A DNA stretch of 64,000 bases from NCBI GenBank assembly GCA_050948665.1, contig JBMNEH010000001.1, forward strand, positions 1,723,813-1,787,812, given 5' to 3'. A program made the position numbers and the translations under genes. The notes under the pieces were generated by a model that had not been told where the DNA came from, did not search any database, and was given only the letters and a program-made list of their open reading frames with translations. Positions 26,847-36,570 of the stretch are shown piece after piece. Position 1 is the first letter of the stretch. Each line of letters opens with the position of its first letter. Source of the stretch: Christensenellales bacterium (GTDB lineage Bacteria; Bacillota; Clostridia; Christensenellales; UMGS416).

Positions 26847-27622
26847 TGCGCCTTTTTGACACACACACTCATATGGATGATCCACTATATGATGAGGACA
26901 GGGAGGCTATACTCGCCTCCCTACCTGCAATGGGCGTGGAACGGATTCTTATTTGCGGAGCAAATATGGCTTCCTCCCGGAGTTCGATGACATTGGCCGA
27001 TCACTTGACGACACCTGCCGCGATCGCTGCCGTAGGTATACATCCAAGCGATGCCGATGAAGTGACGCAAGAGAATCTGGCTATACTGGAGGGGTGGCTG
27101 TCCGACCCGAAGGTTGTTGCGTTGGGTGAGATCGGACTGGATTATTACTATCCCAATACGGACCGGGATGCGCAGAGGGCGGCATTTCAATCCCAGCTCC
27201 GATTAGCAAATTGTTTGGACGCACGTGTTATCTTTCATCTGCGGGATGCTTGGGGGGATTTCTTCTCGATCATGCGTACGCATGCGCCCCGTCGGGGGAT
27301 CATGCACTGCTGGTCCGGAAGTAAAGAGTCTGCCGCACGGTGCCTCGATATGGGCTTCATGATTTCTTTCTCCGGCTCTCTTACGTTTAAAAACGCTGAA
27401 AATCTCCGGCGTGTCGCCGCCTTCGTTCCCACAAACAAACTGCTTGTGGAAACAGATTGTCCCTACCTTGCGCCGGTACCCTTTCGTGGCAAAAGAAACC
27501 AGCCGGGTTATGTGGGTTATACCTGTACTTGTCTGGCCGAATGCAAGGGTTTGTCCGCCGAGGCGATGGCAGAGATAACCTATGAAAATGCCTGTGCGTT
27601 TTTTGATTTAAGCGCCGTCTGA
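26846..27622 (+). CDS. tatD: TatD-family metal-dependent DNase/hydrolase
   Basis: MRLFDTHTHMDD..., GEIGLDYYY, HCWSGS, ETDCPYLAP. TGATG overlap with metG. Confidence 0.9.
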   Translation: MRLFDTHTHMDDPLYDEDREAILASLPAMGVERILICGANMASSRSSMTLADHLTTPAAIAAVGIHPSDADEVTQENLAILEGWLSDPKVVALGEIGLDYYYPNTDRDAQRAAFQSQLRLANCLDARVIFHLRDAWGDFFSIMRTHAPRRGIMHCWSGSKESAARCLDMGFMISFSGSLTFKNAENLRRVAAFVPTNKLLVETDCPYLAPVPFRGKRNQPGYVGYTCTCLAECKGLSAEAMAEITYENACAFFDLSAV

Positions 27623-27848
27623 GCCGTAAAAGCTCTCTTCTTCACGCTTTTAAAGTGAGTACCATATTTTCCGGATAACAATTGCAGGGGACGTACTTGT
27701 AGTACGTTTAGCGGATTATAAAAAAACTGACGGAATTTACAGTAAACACAACAAATTTTCCGCAAAACAAACGAATATCTTGTCTTTACACACAGATTGT
27801 GGTATCCTTACGGTATCCTTATAAGGAAATATAGAGCCGGAGGTCATC

Positions 27849-28217
27849 ATGGCTACAAAGTATCAGGCACACAAGTGTTATTTGGGCGACATGAATGCCA
27901 ATATTGTTGTCGGATTGGGCTATCTTCTGCCCCCCTTGGGAATCGTCTCTCACTTTTTGGAAAAGAACTCGAACTTTGTCAGATATGCCGGCATGCAGTC
28001 TCTGGTCATTGCCGCAGTGTTGGCTACAGCCTGGATTTTAAATTTCATTTTTAGTTACCTTGGGATTTTCGGAATTGTTATGAATGTATTTATATACATC
28101 GTAGAGATAGCTACAGTTGTTTTCGCTATCATTGCCGCTGTAAATGGATTCAAATATCAGGAATATGATATCCCGTTGATCAGCCAAATCGCAAGAAATC
28201 TGATGACCAAATTCTAA
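27849..28217 (+). CDS. DUF4870-like small membrane protein
   Basis: GLGYLLPPLGIVSHFLEKNSNFVRYAGMQSLVI pattern followed by TM helices. Confidence 0.65.
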   Translation: MATKYQAHKCYLGDMNANIVVGLGYLLPPLGIVSHFLEKNSNFVRYAGMQSLVIAAVLATAWILNFIFSYLGIFGIVMNVFIYIVEIATVVFAIIAAVNGFKYQEYDIPLISQIARNLMTKF

Positions 28218-28228
28218 CAGGGGCATAC

Positions 28229-28264
28229 AGCCGTACCAATGAACGGTGCGGCTTTTCATTTTTT
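28229..28264 (+). terminator. Rho-independent terminator
   Basis: AGCCGTACC / GGTGCGGCT stem (one wobble pair) followed by TTTCATTTTTT. Confidence 0.5.
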
Positions 28265-28340
28265 ATTGAAGGTGATAAATTTCTTGTAATGCCTTTTCAA
28301 ATGTGGTATGTTTTAAATATACACAGGAAGGAGGTCACCC

Positions 28341-29021
28341 GTGGAAAGTATCTGGGTCATATTCGCGTTAATCGGTTTTCTCCTCCAGGGCATCTACATC
28401 TTCATCAGTGGAAAGGGCTTTCGGAATCTTGAATTGGCGATAAAAGGGCTCGCCTCCGTCTGTTTTGTAGTCGTTGGTGCTTTAGCCCTTAAGTTTACCT
28501 CCGCACCGGCATATGGATGGCTCGTGGTCCTTGGCTTAACCTTCGGCGCTGCCGGCGATGTTTTGCTGCAACTGGGAGATTTCACACCGGAAACAAAACG
28601 TCGGTTTATACTGGGTACCACTTGCTTTCTCATCGGGCATTTGTTCTATATCGCTGCCATATTGACCCTTGGCAGGCTCTTTCTGGCTTGGTCGATACCG
28701 TTGGCTGTCATTGCGTGTCTGTTGCTTGTGCCTGCGATACGGCGGCAAGTTCAACCTCCAAGGGAGATAGAGCTTTTCGGTATCGGTTATGTGACGGTAT
28801 TGGTTGTCATGGCGGTTTTTGCCTTTGGACAGATGTTTGCGGGTTTGGGACATCTGGGCAGGTATCTGCTGGTACTTGGCGCCTTATCTTTTGCTTTCAG
28901 TGATTGTGTGTTGATCGTAGACGCCTTTGGACGCCCCCTGCCGGCCAGCAGCCTGATCGTCCTTTCCTCCTACTATTTGGGGCAGCTTTTAATCGCCCTG
29001 AGCATCTTTTCCATCGCATAG
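28341..29021 (+). CDS. YhhN (lysoplasmalogenase) family membrane protein
   Basis: 226-aa multi-pass protein with the FGAAGDVLLQ and AFSDCVLI motifs. GTG start after GGAAGGAGG. Confidence 0.72.
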   Translation: MESIWVIFALIGFLLQGIYIFISGKGFRNLELAIKGLASVCFVVVGALALKFTSAPAYGWLVVLGLTFGAAGDVLLQLGDFTPETKRRFILGTTCFLIGHLFYIAAILTLGRLFLAWSIPLAVIACLLLVPAIRRQVQPPREIELFGIGYVTVLVVMAVFAFGQMFAGLGHLGRYLLVLGALSFAFSDCVLIVDAFGRPLPASSLIVLSSYYLGQLLIALSIFSIA

Positions 29022-29454
29022 AGCACTTAATAAAGTAGTCGTCGGGTAACTGACGACGGCTCTTCTATTATCCTCTCGACAGCCAATCTCGGGATACGGT
29101 CCGCCACAGTTTTTCCATGAGGCGCGTCTGCGTCTCCACTACGGAGATCTCCCCTCTTGCTTCAGAAAAAACAGCTCCCTGGTGGCGAATATATCCCAAT
29201 CCTCCCGTAAATCAAAACTGAACACAAAAATAAAAATTAAACCGGGTTGATTGGAAGCTACCACGGCCTTGAGAATCTCTACCCGGAAAAGCGTCACCAG
29301 CCGTTTCCCCTCTTTCTACCCATAGCTGAAGGACGGTGCTGCAAACTCAATGGATGTATGATTATGAAGCAACTTTATACCGGAAGGGGAGGCAAATGCC
29401 TCCCCCTTCCTTCATTTTTCCTACAGCCTGCGGTTGCAAAGGACAACAAATCTT

Positions 29455-31041
29455 TTACTCATACTTTGTCAGTTCTACCCGAAGAACCTGCGGCAGATAA
29501 TCCATCCGGCAAACATAGCCCTCATCTCCGTTCAATACCCGGCGACGCTGCCAGACGCCGTCAACATACTTGCCTTCCTCCTTGCGGACAAGACCGACCA
29601 CGCGGGCTTCTCCCAGCTTTGGGGTAAACTTGGCCACACTGCCCACTCCCACAAGGATGAAATTGTCGGCATCTTCCTCGATGATAAATCCGCCGGCTAT
29701 CGGCGCGCCCTCCGGGATACTGGCATCGGGGAAGTTGAAGGCGCCGAATGAACGCACCATCCCGGAACCGTAACTGATTTCCAGGTCGTATTTCTGCAGG
29801 TGAATTACCGTGCCCTGATCATGGAATTGCAGCCAGGCATGTACCCGTCCTTCCGCGCGTGCCTTCAGCAGTAGCTCCGTCATATTCTGCAGCAGCGTAT
29901 AGGTCCTGGCAAGAAGCTGACCGGACAGCGTTCCCTGCTGCCTCCTCATCATGGCCGGTCGCAGTTGAGAAGTCAACTGATAATCCGGGTCTGACGCCAA
30001 CACCTCCGGCGCCATGATATCTTCAATGGCAAAGGGAGCGAAACACAGTGTATTAAAACCGCCCACGGCATATAGGCAATTAGGAGTGGCATTGATGGCG
30101 CCGGATGTTTCCGGAATAAACAAGGGGTTGCCGGGTACCGCGAATTCCCTGCACCGCTTACCGAAATCCTCAACATAAATGTCCGGCGCGCAGAAGTCAA
30201 TGGAAGGTGCGGCGCATTTCCACATCGGGATATTTTTCGCAATCGGGCCCCCGGTGGGGTATGCGCCGGGTGCCGGGGGGTGTTGGTCGAGCCAGCAGTT
30301 CACATACAGGGGAAGCGGATAGATCGCCTTGCCGGCAGATGCAATCTCTTCAACAGCACGACCATAGGTGTATGCCATCAACATTTCATGAGAATCTTGG
30401 CCGAAAGCCTGCTCCCATGTCCCGGAGACGCCAAAGGTCTCTGCTACCAGGGAAGGCACTTCCGCATCGAACGCCGCCTGCGCTTGCGGTCCAAAATCCC
30501 GCTCGGAATACAGGGTGCCGATTTCATTCTCCACCTGTATGGTAATGACTGTGTGAGTCTCCCCGTCTATCTCCTTTAAACGCTCCATCATTCGGATATA
30601 GCAAGCTTTATCTGCCGCAACGCCCTCCTTGCAGAAGGGGGATACGACCTCCAAAGGCTTACCGAACTTATCGCGGATCCGGAAGAAGCGCTTGCTGTCC
30701 CGCTTCACCCATCCGGGGACGTACTGGGAAATGCCGTTCTTCCAAAGGCCGAACCAGAGGATTACAAGCCGTATGTTCTCCCGGCGGCATTGCTGAATTA
30801 GCCCTTCCATGAGAGAGAAGTCGTAAACGCCTTCCTCTGGCTCGCAAAGTTCCCAGTAAACAGGGGCGATCACCGTGTTCATGTTCAGCGGACGCAATGC
30901 GGGCCATACAACATCATCCATATATTCCAGCGAGGAAGAACTGGAGTTATGTATTTCCCCGCCGAGACAGAGGAATGGCTTGTCGTCCACCATCAATGTG
31001 GCTATACCGTTTTCGCGTTTCAGATAAGGGATCGATGACAT
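29455..31041 (-). CDS. GH35-like glycoside hydrolase (beta-galactosidase-like with DUF5597-type C-terminal domain)
   Basis: GGEIHNSS...VYWELCEPEEGVYDFS...WFGLWKNG...IQVENEIG, a TIM-barrel retaining-glycosidase signature. No signal peptide. Confidence 0.7.
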   Translation of the reverse strand: MSSIPYLKRENGIATLMVDDKPFLCLGGEIHNSSSSSLEYMDDVVWPALRPLNMNTVIAPVYWELCEPEEGVYDFSLMEGLIQQCRRENIRLVILWFGLWKNGISQYVPGWVKRDSKRFFRIRDKFGKPLEVVSPFCKEGVAADKACYIRMMERLKEIDGETHTVITIQVENEIGTLYSERDFGPQAQAAFDAEVPSLVAETFGVSGTWEQAFGQDSHEMLMAYTYGRAVEEIASAGKAIYPLPLYVNCWLDQHPPAPGAYPTGGPIAKNIPMWKCAAPSIDFCAPDIYVEDFGKRCREFAVPGNPLFIPETSGAINATPNCLYAVGGFNTLCFAPFAIEDIMAPEVLASDPDYQLTSQLRPAMMRRQQGTLSGQLLARTYTLLQNMTELLLKARAEGRVHAWLQFHDQGTVIHLQKYDLEISYGSGMVRSFGAFNFPDASIPEGAPIAGGFIIEEDADNFILVGVGSVAKFTPKLGEARVVGLVRKEEGKYVDGVWQRRRVLNGDEGYVCRMDYLPQVLRVELTKYE

Positions 31042-31164
31042 AATACACCTCCGTTATTCTCTGTTATATTCGGCAATGCCGATAATAAACCAATATAGTT
31101 ATTATATACCTATTCCCTTTTGTTTCCCATACCCCCGGTTGACTTTTACATGGAGTATTATGCT

Positions 31165-31190
31165 AAAAAACCCGGCCACTAAAGCCGGGC
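31165..31190 (-). terminator. Rho-independent terminator of serC-serA
   Basis: On the minus strand: CCCGGC TTTAGTG GCCGGG followed by TTTTTT. Confidence 0.6.
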
Positions 31191-31202
31191 ATCGGAATAA
31201 GT

Positions 31203-32366
31203 TCAGAAAACACTGCGAATACGTATGACGCCTTTGATGTTCCTGAGCGCCGACAATACAGAAGCTCCGGCAGCATCCGCAAGATCAAACACGGAATATC
31301 CCATATCACCCCGGGATTTGTTGATCATATTCTCAATATTCAGACCGGCAGCTGCCAATACGGTAGTCAACTGACCGATCATATTGGGGATATTCTGGTG
31401 AATTGCGGTAATGCGATGAGCCGTAGAGCGCGGCAATACACAATCAGGCAGGTTGACGGAATGTGTAATATCTCCCCGCTCCAAATAATCCCTTATCTGT
31501 TCTGCTACCATCGCAGCACAGTTCTCCTCAGACTCCGGGGTAGAAGCGCCTAAATGAGGAATTGTGAGTATGCCGGGAACACCGAGCAACTCATCACAGG
31601 GAAAATCTGTTACATACCGCCTCACTTTCCCCGAGACCAGAGCTTCCTTGATAGCTGTATTGTCTACCAACTCACCCCTTGCCAGATTCATCAAAACCAC
31701 TCCGTCCTTACAATGGAAGAGAAACTCCCGATTGACCATTCCCTTTGTATCCGGCGTCATTGGCGCATGAATGGAAACGTAATCACTTTGTTCGAGCATC
31801 TCATTTTGTGATGTGGCGTGGATGATCCTCCTGGACAAACGCCAAGCAGCGTCTACCGACAAATAGGGATCAAAGCCCACTACCTTCATTCTCAACGCGG
31901 AAGCTGCATTTGCCACTAAACCGCCTACTGCTCCAAGGCCCATTACTCCCAGCGTCTTTCCGGCTATCTCTGGTCCGATAAACTGACTCTTCCCCTTCTC
32001 TACCAAAGCGGCAACATCGTTCTGCCCCTGCAATCCCTGCGCCCATTGTATCCCGCCGATTATATCCCGGGAAGCCAGTAGTAACCCTGCTATAGCCAGT
32101 TCCATCACAGCATTGGCATTAGCGCCGGGGGTGTTGAAGACCACCACGCCCCGCTTGCTGCATTCCTTGATAGGAATGTTGTTATACCCTGCGCCTGCCC
32201 GTCCGACAGCCAGAAGATTTTCAGGAAAAGGCATCTCCAACAGATTGGCGCTACGAACAATTATGGCGTCGGGATTGAGTATATCATCCGCAATGGTGTA
32301 CGAAGTTTCCGTCAAACTCTCCCGAATGACCGGGGAGATAGTGTTTATTGTACGAACTGAAAACAT
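31203..32366 (-). CDS. serA: D-3-phosphoglycerate dehydrogenase with ACT domain
   Basis: NAD-binding motif GVMGLGAVGG, catalytic region HLGAST, C-terminal ACT-like domain, adjacent to serC. Confidence 0.9.
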   Translation of the reverse strand: MFSVRTINTISPVIRESLTETSYTIADDILNPDAIIVRSANLLEMPFPENLLAVGRAGAGYNNIPIKECSKRGVVVFNTPGANANAVMELAIAGLLLASRDIIGGIQWAQGLQGQNDVAALVEKGKSQFIGPEIAGKTLGVMGLGAVGGLVANAASALRMKVVGFDPYLSVDAAWRLSRRIIHATSQNEMLEQSDYVSIHAPMTPDTKGMVNREFLFHCKDGVVLMNLARGELVDNTAIKEALVSGKVRRYVTDFPCDELLGVPGILTIPHLGASTPESEENCAAMVAEQIRDYLERGDITHSVNLPDCVLPRSTAHRITAIHQNIPNMIGQLTTVLAAAGLNIENMINKSRGDMGYSVFDLADAAGASVLSALRNIKGVIRIRSVF

Positions 32367-32375
32367 GTTTTCCTC

Positions 32376-33452
32376 CTACACATGGACAGCTTCAAAATGA
32401 GCCATGAACTCTACCAGCTTCTCTACGCCTTCGATCGGCATCGCATTGTAAATAGAAGCCCGCATTCCGCCGACCAAACGATGCCCCTTTATATTTACAA
32501 GTCCGGCAGCAGCCGCTTCCTTGACAAACAAGGCATCCGTCTCGGGTGAGGGTGTAGTAAATGTCACGTTCATAATGGAGCGGCTCTCCTTCGACACGGG
32601 TGCAATATAGTAGGAGGAAGCGTCCAAGGCATCATAGAGTATTTTGGCCTTGGCCTCATTGATTTTTTCCATTTCCTTTATGCCGCCCATATCCAATAAC
32701 CAACGGAAGGTTAGGCCGGCCATATAAATCGACCAACATGGAGGCGTGTTGTACATAGATTCATGTTCCGCCATCAACCTGTAATTTAACATTGCAGGGA
32801 GGGACTCCTTACTGCGCTCCAGCAAGTCCCGGCGAATAATTATAATCGTGACTCCTGCGGGGGCGATATTTTTCTGTGCGCCGGCATAAATCACACCGTA
32901 CTGTGTTACGTCATAAGGGCGGGACAGTATGCAACTGGAGAGGTCAGCCACCAATGGCACCTTCCCGGTCTGTGGAAGTGTGGGAAAATGTGTGCCGAAT
33001 ATAGTATTGTTCAGGGTAATGTGGAAAAAGTCAGCCTCCGGATTGAAGTCTGCCTCGTTCCATTGAGGAATGTGATTATAAGCGGTGTCTTTTGAGGATG
33101 CTACCTCCCTGATTTTCGTGTATTTCCCGGCTTCTTTAATAAAAAGACTGGCAAAATTTCCCGAGTTGATTGCATCCGCACTCCCGTTGACCGTAAGATT
33201 CAAGGGAACCATGCAAAACTGCATAGAAGCACCTCCCTGAAGAAACAATACAGCATAATCCTCGGGAATACACATCAATGTGCGCAAATCTGCTTCCGCC
33301 TGATGAATGATCTTTTCAAAGGAAGCTGAGCGGTGGCTCATTTCCATAACAGACATACCTGCATTTCCCTGATCCAGTAATTCACACTGTGCCTGCTCCA
33401 GAACCGGGAGCGCTAGGGTAGAAGGACCTGCAGAAAAGTTAAAAACGCGCAT
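32376..33452 (-). CDS. serC: Phosphoserine aminotransferase
   Basis: MRVFNFSAGPS..., GAQKNIAPAG (PLP lysine region). ATG 33452 follows AGGAGGG. Confidence 0.92.
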   Translation of the reverse strand: MRVFNFSAGPSTLALPVLEQAQCELLDQGNAGMSVMEMSHRSASFEKIIHQAEADLRTLMCIPEDYAVLFLQGGASMQFCMVPLNLTVNGSADAINSGNFASLFIKEAGKYTKIREVASSKDTAYNHIPQWNEADFNPEADFFHITLNNTIFGTHFPTLPQTGKVPLVADLSSCILSRPYDVTQYGVIYAGAQKNIAPAGVTIIIIRRDLLERSKESLPAMLNYRLMAEHESMYNTPPCWSIYMAGLTFRWLLDMGGIKEMEKINEAKAKILYDALDASSYYIAPVSKESRSIMNVTFTTPSPETDALFVKEAAAAGLVNIKGHRLVGGMRASIYNAMPIEGVEKLVEFMAHFEAVHV

Positions 33453-33773
33453 TTTCCCTCCTGACATTCATGGCCTCCGAATGGAGACACAAACTTTACC
33501 CTCCTACTTTATCACGCCCTGCTTAGAAAAACAAGGGAATAGTATACAATCTCCGGAGCTTCTTATGAAATAACGAGTATGGATGATTTCGGAATCAAAC
33601 AGTCAGTTAACTCGCCTGCCAGGCCGGTCATGTATGCGCTCCTAATTACAACAATTAGCAGGAATGAGGTTTCCGATATGTTTCTATCCTTGTCGTTTGG
33701 AGTATCTGCTTTACAGGAAATCCGCTATTAATCATCATTATGTCACTTGTTACTCCTATGAAAGGAGCGGTAT

Positions 33774-33801
33774 GAAAAAGGACAGGCCATACCGCCTGCC
33801 C
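33774..33801 (-). terminator. Rho-independent terminator
   Basis: On the minus strand: GGGCAGGC GGTATG GCCTGTCC (one G-U pair, on this strand only), then TTTTT. Confidence 0.5.
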
Positions 33802-33821
33802 TTATCTTTATCTTCTGTATA

Positions 33822-34298
33822 TCAGTAACCGCGCATCTGACTCCGATTGGTACGGACCATCTCCAATTGTTTGGATATATATGTCTCCAGATCTGCCAGA
33901 ATATCCCCAACATATTCATTCCCAGAACGGCGAATTTCGTCAGCCGCATTCTGCGCCTGTTCCACGGTCGCTTGCGCATAGGCATTAGCTTTCCGGGCAA
34001 CTTCCGTCTCCTGTACCAGCCTTTCGGACTCTTCATTCGCATGCTGAATCATACGATCAGCATCCGCACGGGCTTGCTCCGTGATCCTTTCAAATTGCGC
34101 TTGAGCATCATTGATGATAGCATCCCGTTGGTTTAAAATACCCTGTGCTTCCTCCAGTTCCCTGGGCAATACCTGCGACAAATCATCGATCAAGTTCAAC
34201 AACTTCTCCTGATCCACTTTGATGTCCGAAGAGAACATCACCCTTGCGCCATTCTCCACTTCTTCCCTGATGTAACTCAGAATTGACGAGTACTCCAT
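33822..34298 (-). CDS. Coiled-coil hypothetical protein (ATP-synthase-b/G-like heptads)
   Basis: 158 aa, Q/E/A-rich coiled coil, GGGAGGG SD. Conserved position downstream of coaD. Confidence 0.55.
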   Translation of the reverse strand: MEYSSILSYIREEVENGARVMFSSDIKVDQEKLLNLIDDLSQVLPRELEEAQGILNQRDAIINDAQAQFERITEQARADADRMIQHANEESERLVQETEVARKANAYAQATVEQAQNAADEIRRSGNEYVGDILADLETYISKQLEMVRTNRSQMRGY

Positions 34299-34308
34299 GA
34301 GACCCTCC

Positions 34309-34797
34309 CTATTTTTTCCGCTCCAGTCGGAAACGGTTGCTTATAATTCTAATAATCTCCTGCGGCACAAAACCGATAAGGAATCCACCGTGCAGTGCCA
34401 CAGATCGTACAACAGTGGAAGATATGTGTGCATACTCCCCTTTGCAGGGAAAAAACACCGTTTCCACATCCGGGGCAAGCTGGCGGTTTGCAGCTGCGAT
34501 CTGCTGCTCAAATTCCAAATCCTGGGCATTACGCAAACCACGAAGAAGCACGGTTGCCTTTCGCTCCTTTGCCAGTTCAACCGTCAGCCCGGAAAAACTG
34601 CATACCTCTACATTATCCAGATCCTCTGTCACCAAGCGAAGCATCTCTACCCTTTCATCAGGAGAAAAGGCGGTACACTTATCGTCATTCACCAGGACTG
34701 CTACTACCAATGTATCACAAAGGAGGGAGGCCCGCTGAATTAAATCAAGATGACCCAGTGTCGGAGGATCAAAACTACCGGGAAATAACCAAATCAA
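34309..34797 (-). CDS. coaD: Phosphopantetheine adenylyltransferase
   Basis: (M)IWLFPGSFDPPTLGHLDLI..., ISSTVVR. TTG start at 34797 lies 6 nt after AGGAGG. The longer track ORF overlaps rsmD and lacks an SD. Confidence 0.9.
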   Translation of the reverse strand: MIWLFPGSFDPPTLGHLDLIQRASLLCDTLVVAVLVNDDKCTAFSPDERVEMLRLVTEDLDNVEVCSFSGLTVELAKERKATVLLRGLRNAQDLEFEQQIAAANRQLAPDVETVFFPCKGEYAHISSTVVRSVALHGGFLIGFVPQEIIRIISNRFRLERKK

Positions 34798-35342
34798 AGG
34801 GCTTCCTCCTTCGAATATAACGAAACGGCAACCGAACCGTAACACCGGACGTCCGTTTGTCGGAGAGGTGTTTCTGCAATAAGAGGCATGTCCGCAGGAT
34901 GCTCCACAGCCAAAATACCGCCCTGTTTCAGACAAAGGGGCAATGCTTGAAGCAATTGCGTATACAGCGCATCCTGATAGGGTGGATCCAGATAAATGAA
35001 ATCAAAACGCTGTCCAGTCAACCGAACAAGTGTATTCTGCCAATCCCCTGTGTACAGGGCATATCGCTGTCGCTCCGTTCCAAAGCGTTTCAGGATTTTC
35101 TCAATACGGTGTATCATTGCGGCGTCCCGGTCATTGAAAACCACATATGTCGCTCCCCGGCTTAAAGCTTCTAAGCCGATACAGCCGCTACCGGAAAAGA
35201 GGTCCAAAACCCGGCACCCGGAGATTCTGCCGTAAAGAATATTAAATATCGCTTCCCTTACACGATCGGACGTAGGGCGTATGCTACAGGACTGAGGAAT
35301 GTCGATTCTTCTACCGCGATATTCTCCAGCGATAATACGCAT
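34794..35342 (-). CDS. rsmD: 16S rRNA (guanine966-N2)-methyltransferase RsmD
   Basis: MRIIAGEYRGRRI..., LDLFSGSG, DPPY motif (IYLDPPYQ). Confidence 0.88.
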   Translation of the reverse strand: MRIIAGEYRGRRIDIPQSCSIRPTSDRVREAIFNILYGRISGCRVLDLFSGSGCIGLEALSRGATYVVFNDRDAAMIHRIEKILKRFGTERQRYALYTGDWQNTLVRLTGQRFDFIYLDPPYQDALYTQLLQALPLCLKQGGILAVEHPADMPLIAETPLRQTDVRCYGSVAVSLYSKEEAL

Positions 35343-35417
35343 CCGCACCCCCCGCTATACGTTTCTTATTGTACACGAATCCTTATCAATATGCAAGGAG
35401 AATAGCAGATATTTTTG

Positions 35418-36026
35418 TTATTTCTTTTGTTCCGGCTTATGCCCTTTGCGTATCCGCTGGGAGTTGCGCTGAATAACTACCTCAATGTGACGACGATGCG
35501 CTTCTCCTGCTCGATAACCCATACCCACAGCCAGTATGAACCAAGCAACCATGGCAAGGTATACATAAATGGGAATAACGCCGGTGGGAAAACTGCTGAA
35601 CAACGTCGTTAGGCAGAAGAACCAATACTTCAACAGAACTTCTATGGAATAAGCGGCTCCTAGGGCACACCAGCGCAACACCTGCATCACCAGTATGAAA
35701 AGCAGTACGGGAATCTGGGACAGAAACCCGTAGAGGAAGCCTTTCCAAGGGCAAAATGCCTTTGGCAACTCCGTAGAATCCTTTCCGAGATTTGCGTATT
35801 CCTTCTCTGCATTCACCGTGGCGCCCATATCATTGCTGCCCTTTATTTTACTGTCCACATACAGGATGTAAAAGTAGATGCCCAGTAACAGCAGCATTAT
35901 CGCCCAATGAAAAATATCCACCGCTTCCAGGACACCCAGAGTAGAATACAGTAGAAAATAAGTCATCACCGCAAACAGTACCTGTGCTATCAACAGCCGG
36001 ATCAAAAACCTCCAGTCAAACTTCAT
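35418..36026 (-). CDS. Hypothetical multi-pass membrane protein
   Basis: Hydrophobic helices throughout. ATG 36026 lies 6 nt after GGAGG. 11-nt overlap with the upstream gene. Confidence 0.5.
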   Translation of the reverse strand: MKFDWRFLIRLLIAQVLFAVMTYFLLYSTLGVLEAVDIFHWAIMLLLLGIYFYILYVDSKIKGSNDMGATVNAEKEYANLGKDSTELPKAFCPWKGFLYGFLSQIPVLLFILVMQVLRWCALGAAYSIEVLLKYWFFCLTTLFSSFPTGVIPIYVYLAMVAWFILAVGMGYRAGEAHRRHIEVVIQRNSQRIRKGHKPEQKK

Positions 36027-36570
36027 GCTGTGCCTCCAAAAAGGTATTCGGTGTAAGAATGCCCTCAACAGGCATATCAAAGGGTTCTCTGGGTAATTTA
36101 CCAACCACCTGGCAGGGGAAGGCTACCGCCCATGCAGTTACGGAGTATGCCGCAAAATAACGATCATAATAACCCCCGCCCTGACCTAAACGAAAACCGA
36201 AGCGATCAACTGCCAAACATGGTGCAAGTATCAGGTCAGGTATACATTCCGGCAGACTCCCATTCGGAACGGGAATACCAAACTTCCCCTCGGAAAGAGT
36301 ACTCCTTTCCGACGAAGCAAAATCCATTCTTCCACCTTCCAGGATGCGCGGCCAGCACCAGATTTTTCCGGGCGCAAGCATAAGCAAGGGCGTGAGATCT
36401 GCTTCGCTGTTCATTGGAACGTAGATCCCCACTCTCTCCGCTTTTCGGAAGCAGGACAGTGTTAAGGCTCTCTCACACAGATCCCGGCTCATGGCTCCTC
36501 TTGTTGCTTCTGGGAGTTTTAAACGCCTTAACCGGAAGACGCGCCGTAGATCAGCTTTCCCGGGATTCAT
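36016..36570 (-). CDS. 5-formyltetrahydrofolate cyclo-ligase
   Basis: VGIYVPMNSEADL..., GIPVP, RLGQGGGYYDRY. The first ATG is at 36570; the track start at 36600 is an ATT codon. Confidence 0.8.
   Translation of the reverse strand: MNPGKADLRRVFRLRRLKLPEATRGAMSRDLCERALTLSCFRKAERVGIYVPMNSEADLTPLLMLAPGKIWCWPRILEGGRMDFASSERSTLSEGKFGIPVPNGSLPECIPDLILAPCLAVDRFGFRLGQGGGYYDRYFAAYSVTAWAVAFPCQVVGKLPREPFDMPVEGILTPNTFLEAQHEV

Noticed and set aside
29247-29627. 126-aa plus-strand ORF
   Set aside because: Its 3' half is antisense to the well-supported GH35-like gene. It has no SD and an Arg/Pro-rich composition.
33453-33773. T-box or other riboswitch in the 320-nt leader upstream of serC-serA
   Set aside because: No GGTGGTACCGCG-like T-box sequence and no terminator/antiterminator pair are visible on the minus strand. 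I saw only short local hairpins.
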